Shown here in pieces: positions 1-14,564 of a DNA stretch of 64,000 nucleotides. Numbering within the stretch: the first letter of the stretch is position 1; each line of letters starts with the position of its first letter. The notes under the pieces were generated by a model, which did no database searches, had not been told where the DNA came from, and saw nothing but the letters and a program-made list of their open reading frames with translations. The translations under genes were made by a program, and so were the position numbers. This DNA comes from Tubulanus polymorphus (lineage: Eukaryota; Animalia; Nemertea): the NCBI RefSeq assembly GCF_964204645.1, contig NC_134032.1, positions 15,302,275-15,366,274 of the forward strand. The letters are read 5' to 3'.

Positions 1-378
1 ACGATCCGCTAATCGATAAACTATAGTAGTAAAGAAAAATATCGTTTTGACGATCTACTTTTTTACGCGTTAAATCAAAACCGTAGAACCGACGATTAGT
101 ACGCAATGTCAAGGCCGCTTCAGGCTGCGGGCACCGATTCAGGTCGTGTTATTCGAGAATGCGGAGATGATTTACCACAGTGCCCTTTCCCATCCCGAAA
201 TTCTGAATTCTGAGTTGAAGTTTGTTAATACAAAACTAGTTTATTACGATGGATCCTAACATGTCCTTGCAGCTGGAATATTCGTATCAATCCAGATTTG
301 GATAAAACGAAAAGAGCTCGATTTATGCGGCGATTCCACTTTAGCCCGCACAAGATTCGCACGAGATCCCTCTGTACT

Positions 379-658
379 CAGTGGCGGATCCAGGGGCATG
401 TTGTGACCATGTCGACCAATAAAAAGGGCATATATTCATAATTTAGGGCGGAAAATCTTTGAGATTTTACTATCATTTTAGAGCTTTCTGGGCATCTCTG
501 AAAGGCATTTAGTCAAGAAACATAGGTTATATATTTAGGAAAAATATCTATTGTGTATCTCAGGTGGTTACAACGGCAAATTTTTATACAGAGAAAAAAA
601 TTAACAGGCACTTTAAAATTCCGACCGTTTCGGTCGACACGGGCTAAATCCGCCCCTG
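379..658. mobile_element. Non-autonomous TIR element (MITE), ~280 bp
   Basis: Left end CAGTGGCGGATCCAG and right end CTAAATCCGCCCCTG are imperfect inverted repeats. GTACT is directly repeated on both flanks (374-378, 659-663). Confidence 0.6.
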
Positions 659-1335
659 GTACTTCCTTATTATAATGTATAAACTAGATAACGGTCGTGG
701 TGTGTGAGTTATCATTTCAAAAAGATTTCGGTTTAGTAACTGTTGAGTAGAAACAAAACGGAACGTTTGAAATCATTGTTAGCCACGAAAAGGCGCCGTG
801 TGTGCAGAGTATTATAAGTGCCCTTCCAAATCTGGTATTTAGTGGATGATATCCGGTATTTAGTGGATGATAGGTACTGGACCCGTCGCTGGGTCGGATA
901 CTTGGCTTGTGTGTGGATACAAGGGCTATACGAGGAATAGCTGAAAAGGCAACTGGGCAACCCTGGGCAACCCTGGGCAGGGTAGTAGGTTGGATGACGG
1001 GTTCATGTTTGGAACAGGCGTGGCCGCTAATAATGCAAATTACACATTCGTGTAGATATCATTGTTTATGAAGGAATTTGTGTGAATTATGAGGTATTTA
1101 TGGTAACCCATTGCTGTGTGACAGTGTTCTAGGGCGTGGCGCTCACCAGAAACCATAACGCATCCGACGGTCAGCGTAACTAACTCAGACTATTTGGACT
1201 TCCGCAGTCCTCTCAGACTGAGTAGCGAGTGTATCTTCAACTAACTTTTGACTAACTGACCCCTGGAGCTGCAGATGAAAGATGATAACCGGTGGATAGA
1301 TACCGACTTTTGATTGTCACTGGACTAAAAAAAAG

Positions 1336-1408
1336 TGGAGAACCCGGGCATCGATCCCGGTACCTCTCACATGCTAAGCGAGCGCTCTACCATCTGAGCT
1401 AGTTCCCC
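1336..1408 (-). tRNA. tRNA-Ala(AGC)
   Basis: Reverse complement GGGGAACTAGCTCAGATGGTAGAGCGCTCGCTTAGCATGTGAGAGGTACCGGGATCGATGCCCGGGTTCTCCA folds as a cloverleaf with AGC anticodon. A T-run terminator follows. Confidence 0.93.
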
Positions 1409-1863
1409 GTGTTACAAATATATAAAATGCATTGGTTCATATCCGTCGAGTGGTTTGATTTTTTATTCATACTCATAGATATTTCGCACATCTGTGGTTT
1501 GCGCGCACAGTTTGTAACTGTGGCATATTCATCAACTTGTCATCTCTAACCAACTTTTGAGCAACTACAGCGCCCCCTGGAATCAGTAAAGGATCCAGTT
1601 CAACACTCCTGGGGCCAGTTAGAATTAACAATTGGATGGTTGAAAAAGTTACAATTGAAAGTTTATTGTACTTATTTGGTATTTATCCGCCAGTTTTCTT
1701 TAACCAACTTCTTTGACCGCCACTTTTCTTTGACCAACTGACCCCTGGGTCGGCAGACGAAAGATGATAACCAGCGGATAAATACCGAACTAACAATTGA
1801 CTTTTAATTGTCACTTTGTCAACTATCCACTGGTTTGGTTCTGGTTGGACAAAAAAAAGTCCG

Positions 1864-1936
1864 TGGAGAACCCGGGCATCGATCCCGGTACCTCTCACAT
1901 GCTAAGCGAGCGCTCTACCAATTGAGCTAGTTCCCC
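1864..1936 (-). tRNA. tRNA-Ala(AGC), tandem duplicate
   Basis: Same as 1336-1408 except the D-loop (CTCAATTGG vs CTCAGATGG). Flanks are also homologous, giving a ~530-bp duplication. Confidence 0.93.
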
Positions 1937-2984
1937 GTGTTGAAGTGAAATGAAACGTATTGGTTGACATCCGTCGAATGGTTTGATTTTTTATTCATAC
2001 TGATAGTTATTTAGCACATCTGTGGTTTGTGCGCACATTTGTTACGGTGACAGAAGTTCGACGTCTTATGTCTTATGATTTATAAATTCTACAAGCTCGA
2101 CAGCCACAGCTTGCGTCGCGGGTCGTTCAGTGCCCCCGTTTAGTTGTGACGTCACTATAGTGTTCAGCGTATCATTGCATTTTAACAATCCACCATTGAG
2201 TAAAAATCTAGATCTAACCCCCACCCCTGAAAAAAAGAATAATTACAACGGTAGTTAATCGTTAATCATAGAGTTTCACATGGTTTTGAGACACCAACTC
2301 TATAAACAATTGTCAGTGTGGTGCTACATCGCCCCCTGGTGGCAACTTTGTACGTAAAGTTGCAGTCAAGTAAGAACCACGGGATTCTTTTTGTAGCGAC
2401 GATGAAACGGAAAAGATAATATCCCTCTTGAAATACGTAAGTGTCAGAATTCAGGTGTTTTCGTTGCGCGAAGTCCATATTCCGAGTCCCAAACGTCCGC
2501 GTTTCCTTCGATTCCGCTTTCCTCGCACCAACTGCGAATGCGTCCCCTGACATCCGGGAACGCGAGACAAGTCGGCCCTAGCGTCATCTGTGCCGTATCC
2601 GCGAAAAACGTCGGTTACAGCCAGCGGCAGACTAGATCAGCTGCATCGTCCGCTGATTGGTCCCCGCGGTATCGGCTGCGAGCTCCGTGATATCGTCTTC
2701 CGGTTAATTCGCGTGGAGAACACTTCCTCTCTGGAATTGTGGATGAAATTCGACCGGTTGAATTACCCGTCAGGCCTCACTCCATCTGTAGTACATCACG
2801 TGACCTAGATAAGTCAGTTTTGATGGTACATGACCTGATATAGGTCTTCGAAGGTCCAGATAGTCAAACTGTTACCAAAATTTCCAACATTACTGATAAA
2901 ACAACCATAAAAATACGGATTTGAACTGGAAACGAATTCCGGTATAGAATTCATTAAAGATCCTGTCTAGTCAAGGACAGATTG

Positions 2985-3160
2985 TACACTAGCGCCACCT
3001 TGGGGATCTTCAATTGCCACAATAGCATTACCATTTACCGATCTCATACTAGCCCCACCTAGCGGATCCTCGAGTGCCACAGTAGTTTTGCCAGATATTA
3101 CACTGATCAGTACTGAGTATACAGTCAAGTGCGCCCCTAGTGGATCCTCGATTACCGCAG
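2985..3160 (-). repeat. Degenerate tandem repeat with CTCF-like core (family also at 15305, 34690, 50650)
   Basis: About 3 copies of ACTAGCGCCACCT/GCGCCCCTAGTGGATCCTCGAT-type units. Confidence 0.5.
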
Positions 3161-3835
3161 TAAGATTTATGCCGTTCGGTTTATTATAGATTAAACAACC
3201 GCTCTGTAGTTGTCGTCTGCCGAAAACCGCCCGCGCTTAAACAATTTACAAAGTTCCTCTATTTCGACTGTGGTCGTTCAACACACCCGTTAATCAATAT
3301 TGCATGCTACGATATCAACATAATCACCGCCACCACCATCACCACCATCACTGGAAAAAAAAGGTATCGATCATTAGATTCGAAAAACGCACACGCGTGT
3401 GCGTGTGTGCGTGCTTTGGCACACGATGAACGATTGCGTGGTTTTGTTGTAGTTATCGGTAGGTGGTTGAAATAAAAAGCCATAAATAACGTGCTGTTGT
3501 GTGACGACCGCCATTCATCTTCGCGCCGACCGACACCGCATATTTAGAAGTCGACTCATCAATTTTCCAGAGAGAAAGAAGGGATTTGGTTCTGTCGTTT
3601 CGCAGAAGTTGATGCCGCTGATGCTACTTTAGAAATATCGCCACTTAATTCTTGCACGAAAAAATATTTCATCTTTTTTTCTTACAAAATAATGAATTTA
3701 TTTGATTTATTCAACTTCTGATTTGTTTATGCATTACCGTACCTATAAAATATATAGAAATCCTTTATTGTAAATTATTTCTAGATGGTTCTAGTCGACC
3801 GGAAACCTGCTGTTCCGTAGTCAAGGTTTACACTT

Positions 3836-4092
3836 CTAGACCAGTCTAAGCTCATTTTGGTTCTATAACCAATCTAACAACTTAAGACCAGTCTAAACTC
3901 ATTCTGGTTCTATAGCCAATCTAACAACTTAAGACCAGTCTAAGCTCATTTCAGTTCTATAGCCAATCTAACAACTTAAGACCAGTCTAAACTCATTTTG
4001 GTTCTATAACCAATCTAACAACTTAAGATCAGTCTAAGCTCATTTTGGTTCTATAACCAATCTAACAACTTAAGATCAGTCTAAGCTCATTT
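3836..4092 (+). repeat. 47-bp minisatellite (family A)
   Basis: Unit TTAAGACCAGTCTAAGCTCATTTTGGTTCTATAACCAATCTAACAAC, ~5 copies. Confidence 0.9.
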
Positions 4093-4614
4093 TAATTACT
4101 TATAGGTCCTACAACTGGCTATAGAACCAAAATGACACCCTAGATTCGGTCTAAACCCAATTTTAGGATAGATCTTCACTCCGCTATTCAACGATTCTAT
4201 ACGTGACAGCTTCACGAAGTTGAAAAGAGCCGTTTACACATTTTGTTGTTTTTTATAAAAACGTCGTCATTTTTACAACATTCTAACGACATTTAACGAG
4301 CTTTCATTGCGCAGTTAACGTCACATAAAATGTCAATCACCATTTCGCTTATCATCGCTTAGCTGTTACAAACCCGACACCCTCCCCCCGCCCTCCTCAT
4401 CTCTCCCTCGCTGCGGATTAAAGTAATAAATCAACTTCTCATGTTCTGTCGGCTTCATGGCTTTTTATAACGCAATTTGTTAATCAGAATGTTTAAATAA
4501 ATGATGATTTATTTTAATGAAAAGTGAACTCTCGTCATCGGAGTGGTGTTTAAGAGTCAAATCGCGTGTGGGTTGTGGGGTATCAGTAGAACATGGACAC
4601 CGCCTCGGACGTGT

Positions 4615-4936
<322 letters not shown>

Positions 4937-5402
4937 ACAAGAGAATTCTGATTTCACCAATGAAGTTGTTTTAACTCAATTCTTTACTGTAACAAGGTGT
5001 AGGATATTGACCCCCCAACACAACTGTGGTTAACTCCATTCCCGCACAGCTATGGTAACCCCCTCCCCACACAGCTATGGTAACCCCCCTCCCCTTCTGC
5101 AAGCTGTGGTAACAACCCCCTCGTCTCCACACAGCTACGACAGGAATAAATCCGACACTCTATACTGACAGCTATTCGACTTTCGTCTTTCTTTGATCTG
5201 TAATTAGTATTACTTATCGGTGCTGCTAAATCATCGCTCCAAACGATTAGTTATTCTACCGTGAACTGTTCGGCAATTTCCTCAAAAGTATTTCATATTC
5301 ATGACCAAAATAACTGAGTGTTTGATGATTTAAATTCGATTCACACGACTCGCGAGTCATCTGTTCATCAGAGGCAACGAAACAGCTATTCTGTTGTATT
5401 CT

Positions 5403-5843
5403 AATTTGACTCCGGATCCAGTTCCACAGTTGTCTGGGTTCAATTTGACTCCGGACCCAGTTCCACAGTTGTGCGGGTTCAATTTGACTCCGGATCCAGT
5501 TCCACAGTTGTGTGGGTTTAGTTTGAATCTGGACACAGTTCCACAGTTTTGTGGGTTTAACTCCGGATCCTGTTCCACAGCAATGTGGGTTTGATTTAAC
5601 TGTGGATCCAGTTCCACAGTTGTGTGGGTTTAACTCCGGATCCTGTTCCACAGCAATGTGGGTTTGATTTAACTGTGGATCCAGTTCCACAGTTGTGTGG
5701 GTTTAACTCCGGACCCAGTTCCACAGTTGTGTGGGTTTAATTTGACTCTCAATCCAGTTCCACAGTTGTGTGGGTTTAACTCCGGACCCAGTTCCACAGT
5801 TGTGTGGGTTTAATTTGACTCTCAATCCAGTTCCACAGTTGTC
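5403..5843 (+). repeat. 38-43-bp minisatellite built on GGATCCAGTTCCACAGTTGTG (MITE-TIR-derived family B)
   Basis: About 11 variant units. The core equals the TIR of the MITEs at 49505 and 61086. Confidence 0.85.
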
Positions 5844-7169
5844 TGTATCAAAATACAATTTCTGTTCTATTTTCTTTTTTCATATTTTCCAACGTTCGTC
5901 CATCGCGATTCAAAATGCAACATGCGACATTCAACATGCTACATTCGACATACGACATTTCGATAATCGCTGATACGATCCAATAGGTAAGTACAATTAC
6001 TTCATATTTTTTTCGTTCCATTTCAGAATTTATCGCATCCCAGCCACCCCAGCCACCCCCCCTCCACCCTCGTCCCCCAGCCGCCATACTAGTATCCATC
6101 TTTGTTTTTAAACACGGTGGTGATGCGAGAACGAAACTTTGCATTATGTATTATGTATTATGTGTTATGTATCCTGAAATATATGTTATGTATTATGTAT
6201 CATGTATCATGCTATATGTATTATGTATTATGTATTATGTATTATTTCCTTTGCTTTGTTTTCGTACTGAAAATGTTTTCTTTCACGTTGAATGAACTTA
6301 TATATATATATCATGAACTGGTATAGACTGGACTAAAAGTAGTCCCTGTTAAACCGGCTGTGTTTAATAGAGCCATTAGCAGCGACTACTGCTGCTGCTG
6401 CTGTGGTCGACTGTCTGTTCCTTTTACCGGATAGTTTTTATCAATGTCCGGTCTCGGTTGCGAGTAATGGACAGCGGTGATTGAGCGACCACTTTTATCT
6501 ATACATTTAACCGTTTTATCTCAATTTACGGCGAGTTATCGGGTTACTCCGGGTGAGAGGGAAGGAGGGGAGGGATGGGGAGCGAGCCGGGTGAGAGGGA
6601 AGGAGGGGAGGGATGGGGAGCGAGCCGGGTGAGAAGGTAGGAGGGGAGGGATGGGGAGCGAGCGAATGTTGTCTGAAGTCTGGTGACGTGAAAACCACTT
6701 TCACAATCTCCGACGCTGAACCCATTCGAAGATACTACCTTCGGCAGGCAACCACAGGCGACCCCTGGTGACAGCATATTACGTTTTATCCTCTTCGTCA
6801 GAGAATAAAATCGGTCTGATCACTGGAATAAAAGCTAGGAGGCTGGCGATGATCTGGTCAATGATATAAGGAGGCTGGCGATCAGGTTAAGTAGTACCCT
6901 GCGGGAAGTGATGAGCCTCTTGACAGAAGTGTCAATACGCGCGTAGTACTATCGCAAACAGTAAGTGTTTATGTCACACGGCAAGTGTAAACTCATGAAG
7001 CACAGCTGTTGAGAGTGCGTGTGACGTAACGCTGGACGTCAATAGCCTAGTGTTATTGTATAGATTTCCATCAGATACCGGAAGATCGTGGCAGGCTTGT
7101 AAGCTCAGTGGCGGCAGACTCATATTCACCTTCCGTCATGAGGTCCGTCGATCCAATAGTTGTAGCGAT

Positions 7170-7525
7170 GACCCTTCCCCCCTTCTCTCTCTTGCTCCCC
7201 CCTTTCCCAGCCCCTCTTCTCTTTCCCTCCCACCCCTATCTACTTTTTCCTACCCCCTTTCCCCTCACCCCTCCCTATCTCTCCCCTCTCCCCTTCCCTA
7301 CTTCCCCTCCCCTCTCTCTCTCCCTCCCACTCTCTCCCACTCTCTCCCCTTCCCTACCTCCCATCCCTTCTCTCTCTCCCTCCCACTCTCTCCCACTCTC
7401 TCCCCTCTCCCCCTTCCCTACCTCCCATCCCCTCTCTCTCTCCCTCCCACTCTATCCCACTCTCTCCCCTCTCCCCCTTCCCTACCTCCCATCCCCTCTC
7501 TCTCTCCCTCCCACTCTCTTCACTC
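7170..7525. repeat. Polypyrimidine low-complexity tract
   Basis: C/T-rich degenerate repeats. Confidence 0.85.
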
Positions 7526-8087
7526 ACTCCTACTCCTCAGTCTCCGCAAATAACCGTTAAACTAACTTTTCAAACTTCCGTCGTAATGCGCTGTATTCAA
7601 CAGTTACTTAGCAACGCGGATAATAATGACAGGTTCGACAAGATCGGTGCGAGAATCTGTGTGGAATTTCGCGAACAATAATCAGACATACTCTACTTAC
7701 AACAGCGTCTGTTGTCTGCTACATTTTATTTATGTCATCATTAATTGTGTCGATCGTCGAGTTGTATTTGGTATTGTTTTATTTCTACATCAGTTCTGTA
7801 GCCCCTCAGTCTGTTAGTACCACCGCTACGAGATATCATCTTGCTCGTAGGTACCATTGAGTTTTACGCAAGGACTTATCAGAGACCCTGTACCCCTCTC
7901 AGTCTGACCCTGTACCCCTCTCAGTCTGTTAGTACCACCGCTACGAGATATCATCTTGCTCGTAGGTACCATTGACTTTTACGCAAGGACTAATCAGAGT
8001 CCGGGCTCTGTAGCCCTCAGCCTGGACCGTGTACCCCTCTCAACTTGAATCCTGCACCCCCTTTGTCTTTACCCTGTACTCCCCTGA

Positions 8088-9148
8088 GTCTGGACCCTGT
8101 ACCCCTCTAAGTCTGGACCCTGTACCCCTCTAAGTCTGACCCTGTATCCGTCTAAGTCTGGACCCTGTACCCCTCTAAGTCTGACCCTGTATCCGTCTAA
8201 GTCTGACCCTGTACCCCTCTAAGTCTGACCCTGTATCCGCCTAAGTCTGGACCCTGTACCCCTCTAAGTCTGACCCTGTACCCCTCTAAGTCTGACCCTG
8301 TACCCCTCTCAGTCTGACCCTGTACCCCTCTAAGTCTGGACCCTGTACCCCTCTCAGTCTGACCCTGTACCCCTCTAAGTCTGACCCTGTACCCCTCTAA
8401 GTCTGGACCCTGTACCCCTCTAAGTCTGACCCTGTACCCCTCTCAGTTTGGACCCTGTACCCCTCTAAGTCTGACCCTGTACCACTCTCAGTCTGACCCT
8501 GTACCCCTCTCAGTCTGACCCTGTACCCCTCTCAGTCTGACCCTGTACCCCTCTAAGTCTGACCCTGTACCCCTCTAAGTCTGACCCTGTATCCGCCTAA
8601 GTCTGGACCCTGTACCCCTCTAAGTCTGACCCTGTACCCCTCTAAGTCTGACCCTGTACCCCTCTCAGTCTGACCCTGTACCCCTCTAAGTCTGGACCCT
8701 GTACCCCTCTCAGTCTGACCCTGTACCCCTCTAAGTCTGACCCTGTACCCCTCTAAGTCTGGACCCTGTACCCCTCTAAGTCTGACCCTGTACCCCTCTC
8801 AGTTTGGACCCTGTACCCCTCTAAGTCTGACCCTGTACCACTCTCAGTCTGACCCTGTACCCCTCTCAGTCTGACCCTGTACCCCTCTCAGTCTGACCCT
8901 GTACCCCTCTAAGTCTGGACCCTGTACCCCTCTCAGTCTGACCCTGTACCCCTCTAAGTCTGACCCTGTACCCCTCTAAGTCTGGACCCTGTACCCCTCT
9001 AAGTCTGACCCTGTACCCCTCTCAGTTTGGACCCTGTACCCCTCTAAGTCTGACCCTGTACCACTCTCAGTCTGACCCTGTACCCCTCTCAGTCTGACCC
9101 TGTACCCCTCTCAGTCTGTACCCTGTACCCCTCTAAGTCTGGACCCTG
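8088..9148. repeat. 21/22-bp minisatellite TCT(G)GACCCTGTACCCCTCT(A/C)AG
   Basis: About 49 tandem units with recurring variant units. Confidence 0.95.
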
Positions 9149-9374
9149 CTCTAGACGATTTGGTTTTTCAATCGACGTACAGAATGGTCGATCGTGGGAT
9201 CAGTGCCGAAAATGCGTTTTATTAAGTTAAACTAAGTAGATTCGTTTTCAACTGATGAAATATCACCGTCCAATCAGCGCTAACCTGATAATACCGTTAA
9301 TTTCAACCCAGTACAATCCAGTGTGCGCGACGGCCGGGTGCATAAGAGTTAGCCGTAATCACATGGATGTCAGT

Positions 9375-9485
9375 GGATCCGTGTGGCCGATTGGTTAGGG
9401 CGTGGACTCTCAATCGGGAGGTTCCGTGTTCGAATCCCAGCTGTTCTGAAGTGCCCTAAGGCATGGCATTGAACTACATAACCTA
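9375..9485 (+). mobile_element. tRNA-derived SINE fragment
   Basis: A-box-like TGGCCGATTGGTTAG and B-box GTTCGAATCC, followed by the non-tRNA body GTGCCCTAAGGCATGGCATTGAAC. No closed acceptor stem. Confidence 0.6.
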
Positions 9486-10049
9486 AGGTATTATGATGGG
9501 TCCGAATCCCAGATATAGGTCTGTTTTTTCACAACCAGCTCTGACACTTTTACCCCCTAGTTAAATGCTCCTGTCATGGGTTCGAATCCCAGATATAGTT
9601 CTGTTTTTCTATAAGCACCTTTGACACGTCTCCCCGCTGGTTAACGCATCCTTTATTTACTCTCTCTCTCGTCATCCTTCGATACGAGTATTTTTTTTTC
9701 ATGTTTGAATTATTATTCCGAGGTTTGCAGCAGTCGTCGTGTTTTTGAGTCGATCCTGCGGTGACGTCGTGTGACGCGCGGGTGACGTGTCAATCTGCGA
9801 GACTAACCGGAAACAGGAAGCCGAACAGGTGAAGCGATGACACAAACTGAGAGGCGACATGACACATCCCTGTTGAACACCGGTTATTTTCTGTTCACGC
9901 AACTGTTTGTTTGTATTACAAGAGATTAGGACACTCGTCGCGGCAATCCTCTTAACGCCGTGTACGTGAGATTCTTTTCTATTCCGAGATTCTTCTCATA
10001 GTCCGAATTGCAATCGTTCAGCCATAGTTTAAACTTATGACATCGGTAA

Positions 10050-10399
10050 TAGAAAACAATGAGCTTAAACTGGTCTTAAGTTGTTAGATTGGCTATAGAA
10101 CTAAAATGAGTTTAGACTGGTTTTAAGTTGTTAGATTGGTTATAGAACTAAAATGAGTTTAGACTGGTTTTAAGTTGTTAGATTGGTTATAGAACTAAAA
10201 TGAGCTTAGACTGGTCTTAAGTTGTTAGATTGGTTAGAGAACTAAAATGAGCTTAGACTGGTCTCAAGTTGTTAGATTGGTTATAGAACCAAAATGAGTT
10301 TTGACTGGTCTTAGTTGTTAGATTGGCTATATAACCAAAATGAGCTTAGACTGGTCTTAAGTTGTTAGATCGGTTATAGAACTAAAATGAGTTTAGACT
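10050..10399 (-). repeat. 47-bp minisatellite (family A)
   Basis: Reverse complement of the 3836 unit, ~7 copies. Confidence 0.9.
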
Positions 10400-12914
10400 A
10401 TGCATGTAGATTATCATATCGTTGTGAATAGATTCCCATTAACCATCAGGTATATGAACACTGTGAAATATATCAATCGTTCGGATTACCCCAGAGAGAT
10501 GCGCGGCCTCTCCGTGAACTGCGCGGAAGTTGTGAAGCGCTTAAAAGGTTTCGACGATAATAATTGTTCTCTCTTTTTGTTCGTCGCCGCTTAGATCTCC
10601 TCTCATAACACGTGACTCGATCGTTATTGTGCGCGTGTGTGTGTGGGTTGCTTCACAACGTCATATAATCATCGACAACAATCATCGTCGTTATATTTCA
10701 TAAATGGCTCGTGTCTGCTGCTGCTGCTGCCGCTGCAACGATGAGGGATGAGGAGGAAAAGGAGACTGTGCAGCCGTCCGCTCCGTCGAATTTTACAAGA
10801 TCGCAGACGACGCCGATAAATACAGGAAAGCAACAATTTACCATCGTCGGACTAATTCATCTCGCCTGAAGAAATGGGCGAAGGATCGGTTCGGTTTGGA
10901 TAGGTTACACGTGTGTACGTCAAACCTATTGGATTTAGTCACGCAAACATGCTCGCCAATGTCAAGGACGAACTATTACGATCGACAACAGGAAATCAAG
11001 TTGTTGAGTTTTTTTAAACTCATTACTTTCGGCGTTGTAAGCAAGAGAGGTTTATAACTTGTCGAATCAGCGCAGTCTGGAGCAACCCCTTTCAGATATG
11101 CTTTAGCCTGAAACATATCCCTTAAAAGATAATCTGCAGCCTGAAGCAACCCCTTCAGACAGTCTGCAGCCCAGAGCCGCCCCTCCAAACAATCTGCAGC
11201 CTGAAACCTCACGTGGTACAAATCGAATCACCTTGAATAAATGACCATCTCTAGAATTGGAACCTGAATTTTCTGCGATTGAAATGGCTGCCATTTTGAT
11301 TCTTGAAATATCGCCGAACGCTAATATCGTAGGCGTCATCTTGCAAATCGAATCATCAACGTCTCGAGGAGCGATAGTCGCGTTGGGTGCTCGCGCTGGC
11401 GCTTTAGTTTTAGATAAATGGACGTTTGAGGCAAAGCGTTGCTACAAAAAAACGGACGATCCGATAAAAACGCCTTATAGAAGTCGATGTTCGACGGTGA
11501 GATATACCTAGGCTAGGTGTGTGTGTGGTGTCACGGGCAGACGACAACCGTATACACAACAACGACAACAACAACGGCCTTTCATCGTTCAAACTGGCGG
11601 AAATCCAGGAGACATGCTGCGGAATACGACAATCTATTTAATACGACGATGAAAACACGGGCCGCGAATGCGACCAGAGTGACAGAGACAGAGAATAATG
11701 TTCATTTCAAATTTGCTTGGAGAAACCTGAGTCAGTTTCAGTATTACCTGATATAGGTCTCAATAGCACCGGCACAGATCGGGGCAGTTAAACTAAAACA
11801 GCGTTTTCTAATCCATTTTGTATTGAAGAATTACAAACAATTCCAAGAGACAAGAGACACCAAATCAAGTTAAACAATGTAGGCCTATTTTTTCACAAAT
11901 CAATAAATTGTGGTTTGTAGGCATGGAGAAATTATAGAAAACACATTGTTAAACATTCAAATTATCGATAATTATGGAATCACTTTACTTTATTCAAACC
12001 GATTCACACTTTCTCTACAACAATGGAGACAGTTTTCTTACTAGTTGCCCCCGGTAGCGAACGGCGGCTTATTTGCATATGCAAATTGACGATTGCGAAA
12101 TTGGCATTCTCCGCGCGCGTGTCTGGTATGTCTGGAATATTTGATGGCGGAAGAAAAACGGGAAACTGAGAAAAAAAAACTTCTACGAAGCAGAAACTAT
12201 TTCGTACTGCGAAATAACTTCGCACCTTCGAAAAATACGGATAAGGGTTTCGGACACGGTGTCCTTAAAACAGGATCTGTCTTAAAGGATTATTGAACGG
12301 ACACGGACAAGGTACCAAACAGTTTAAAGGAAATCCCGGCCCCTGGACACAGACATCTGTCTCGGGATAGGAATATTGGAATGCAGACAATTGATTGGGT
12401 CGCAGCAGAGACGAGGAAGCGAGTTTGGACGGATGAACAGGTGTTGTTTAAGACAGACGGAATACACGAGGTCCAGCCTTAAACTGGAGCAAATGGTCTA
12501 AATCACGAAAAGTACATAGCACCTCGTAGATGGACAGGACTCGTATATGGACAGGACTCGTAGATGGACAGGACTCGTAGATGGACAGGACTCGTAGATG
12601 GAAAGATCTCTAAAAGGTTTCGGATCAGAAGATACCCTGACATTTCTATCGATCACGTCGCATCGCGATCACGCAGACGATGGCAGTTGATATATGGCAG
12701 ACGACGATTTAGTGCCAGGTAATTCTGAGAATTAACGCCGATAATATGAAACGTAGTTTCGGCCCCCAGCGATGATTTGTCTCAGTTGAGTTTGCTTGTC
12801 TTCGGGCGTCAACATTCGCGCAGTTCTATCGTCGCGACACACCACCTCGATATACACTCCATTCGCAGTGGACGGTGCAGTGAACTGTGTCGGTACTACA
12901 GGTATTACACTTCC

Positions 12915-13732
<818 letters not shown>

Positions 13733-14362
13733 CACTTGAAATATTGTCATCTTTTTTTTCATCTTGCGCGGATTCAATTACGAACGATCGATATCGACGA
13801 CCCCCGGTACGTGTGTATGTCTGTACGTGTACATACCGTGAGTCGCATCTCTCTCGTCTGCTGCTGAATAACGGTGAGGTCACGTGACCTTTCTTAATCA
13901 CCGCAGTATCAGGCGGTCGCGAAAAAATGGCGTCACAGTTTTTACACCCGAGTGGACTATCGATCACTCTCGTCACAGTGGTATGGATGGATACAGTCAT
14001 AATCCATACACGACATCACTGTAAAGATGCATCTCCCTCCAAACGCCTCTCAACCCCTCAGCCCTTCCTAAAACGAGATACTGTTGTTTTCAATCCTGTC
14101 CATCAATATCATCATTATTCTATCCCTTTTAATGTTTCCTTGAGCTAGTGTAGTTTATTCAACGTTTTGACTATGTCCTAATAGTCATCTTCAGGAATAC
14201 TGAATTCCTTGAGCTAGTGTAGTTTATTCAACGTCTCGACTTTATCCTAATAGTCATCTTCAGGAATACTGTATTCCTTGAGCTAGTGTAGTTTATTCAA
14301 CGTCTCGACTTTATCCTAATAGTCATCTTCAGGAATACTGTATTCCTTGAGCTAGTGTAGTT

Positions 14363-14406
14363 TATTCAACGTTTCGACTTTATCCTGATAGTCATCTTCA
14401 GGAATA
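14363..14406 (-). ncRNA. Minimal type I hammerhead ribozyme motif (intact core, unit 4)
   Basis: CUGAAGA and GAAA boxes, 5-bp stem I (UAUUC/GAAUA), GACU/AGUC stem II, palindromic AACGUU stem III, GUU cleavage triplet. Confidence 0.65.
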
Positions 14407-14431
14407 CTGTATTCCTTGAGCTAGTGTAGTT

Positions 14432-14475
14432 TATTCAACGTTTCGACTTTATCTTGATAGTCATCTTCAGGAATA
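14432..14475 (-). ncRNA. Minimal type I hammerhead ribozyme motif (intact core, unit 5)
   Basis: Same as unit 4. Confidence 0.65.
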
Positions 14476-14564
14476 CTGTATTCCTTGAGCTAGTAGCTAG
14501 CTAGCTCACATTCTAATTGAAGATGAGTGTTAGGATTAAGTCGAAATATGAACTTAAAATCCTG

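Larger units (their letters stand above)
14136..14494 (-). repeat. 69-bp tandem array, each unit a minimal type I hammerhead ribozyme motif
   Basis: Five units starting at 14136, 14205, 14274, 14343 and 14412. The minus strand reads TATTC-CTGAAGA-T-GACT(stem II)AGTC-GAAA-CG-TT-GAATA. Confidence 0.75.
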
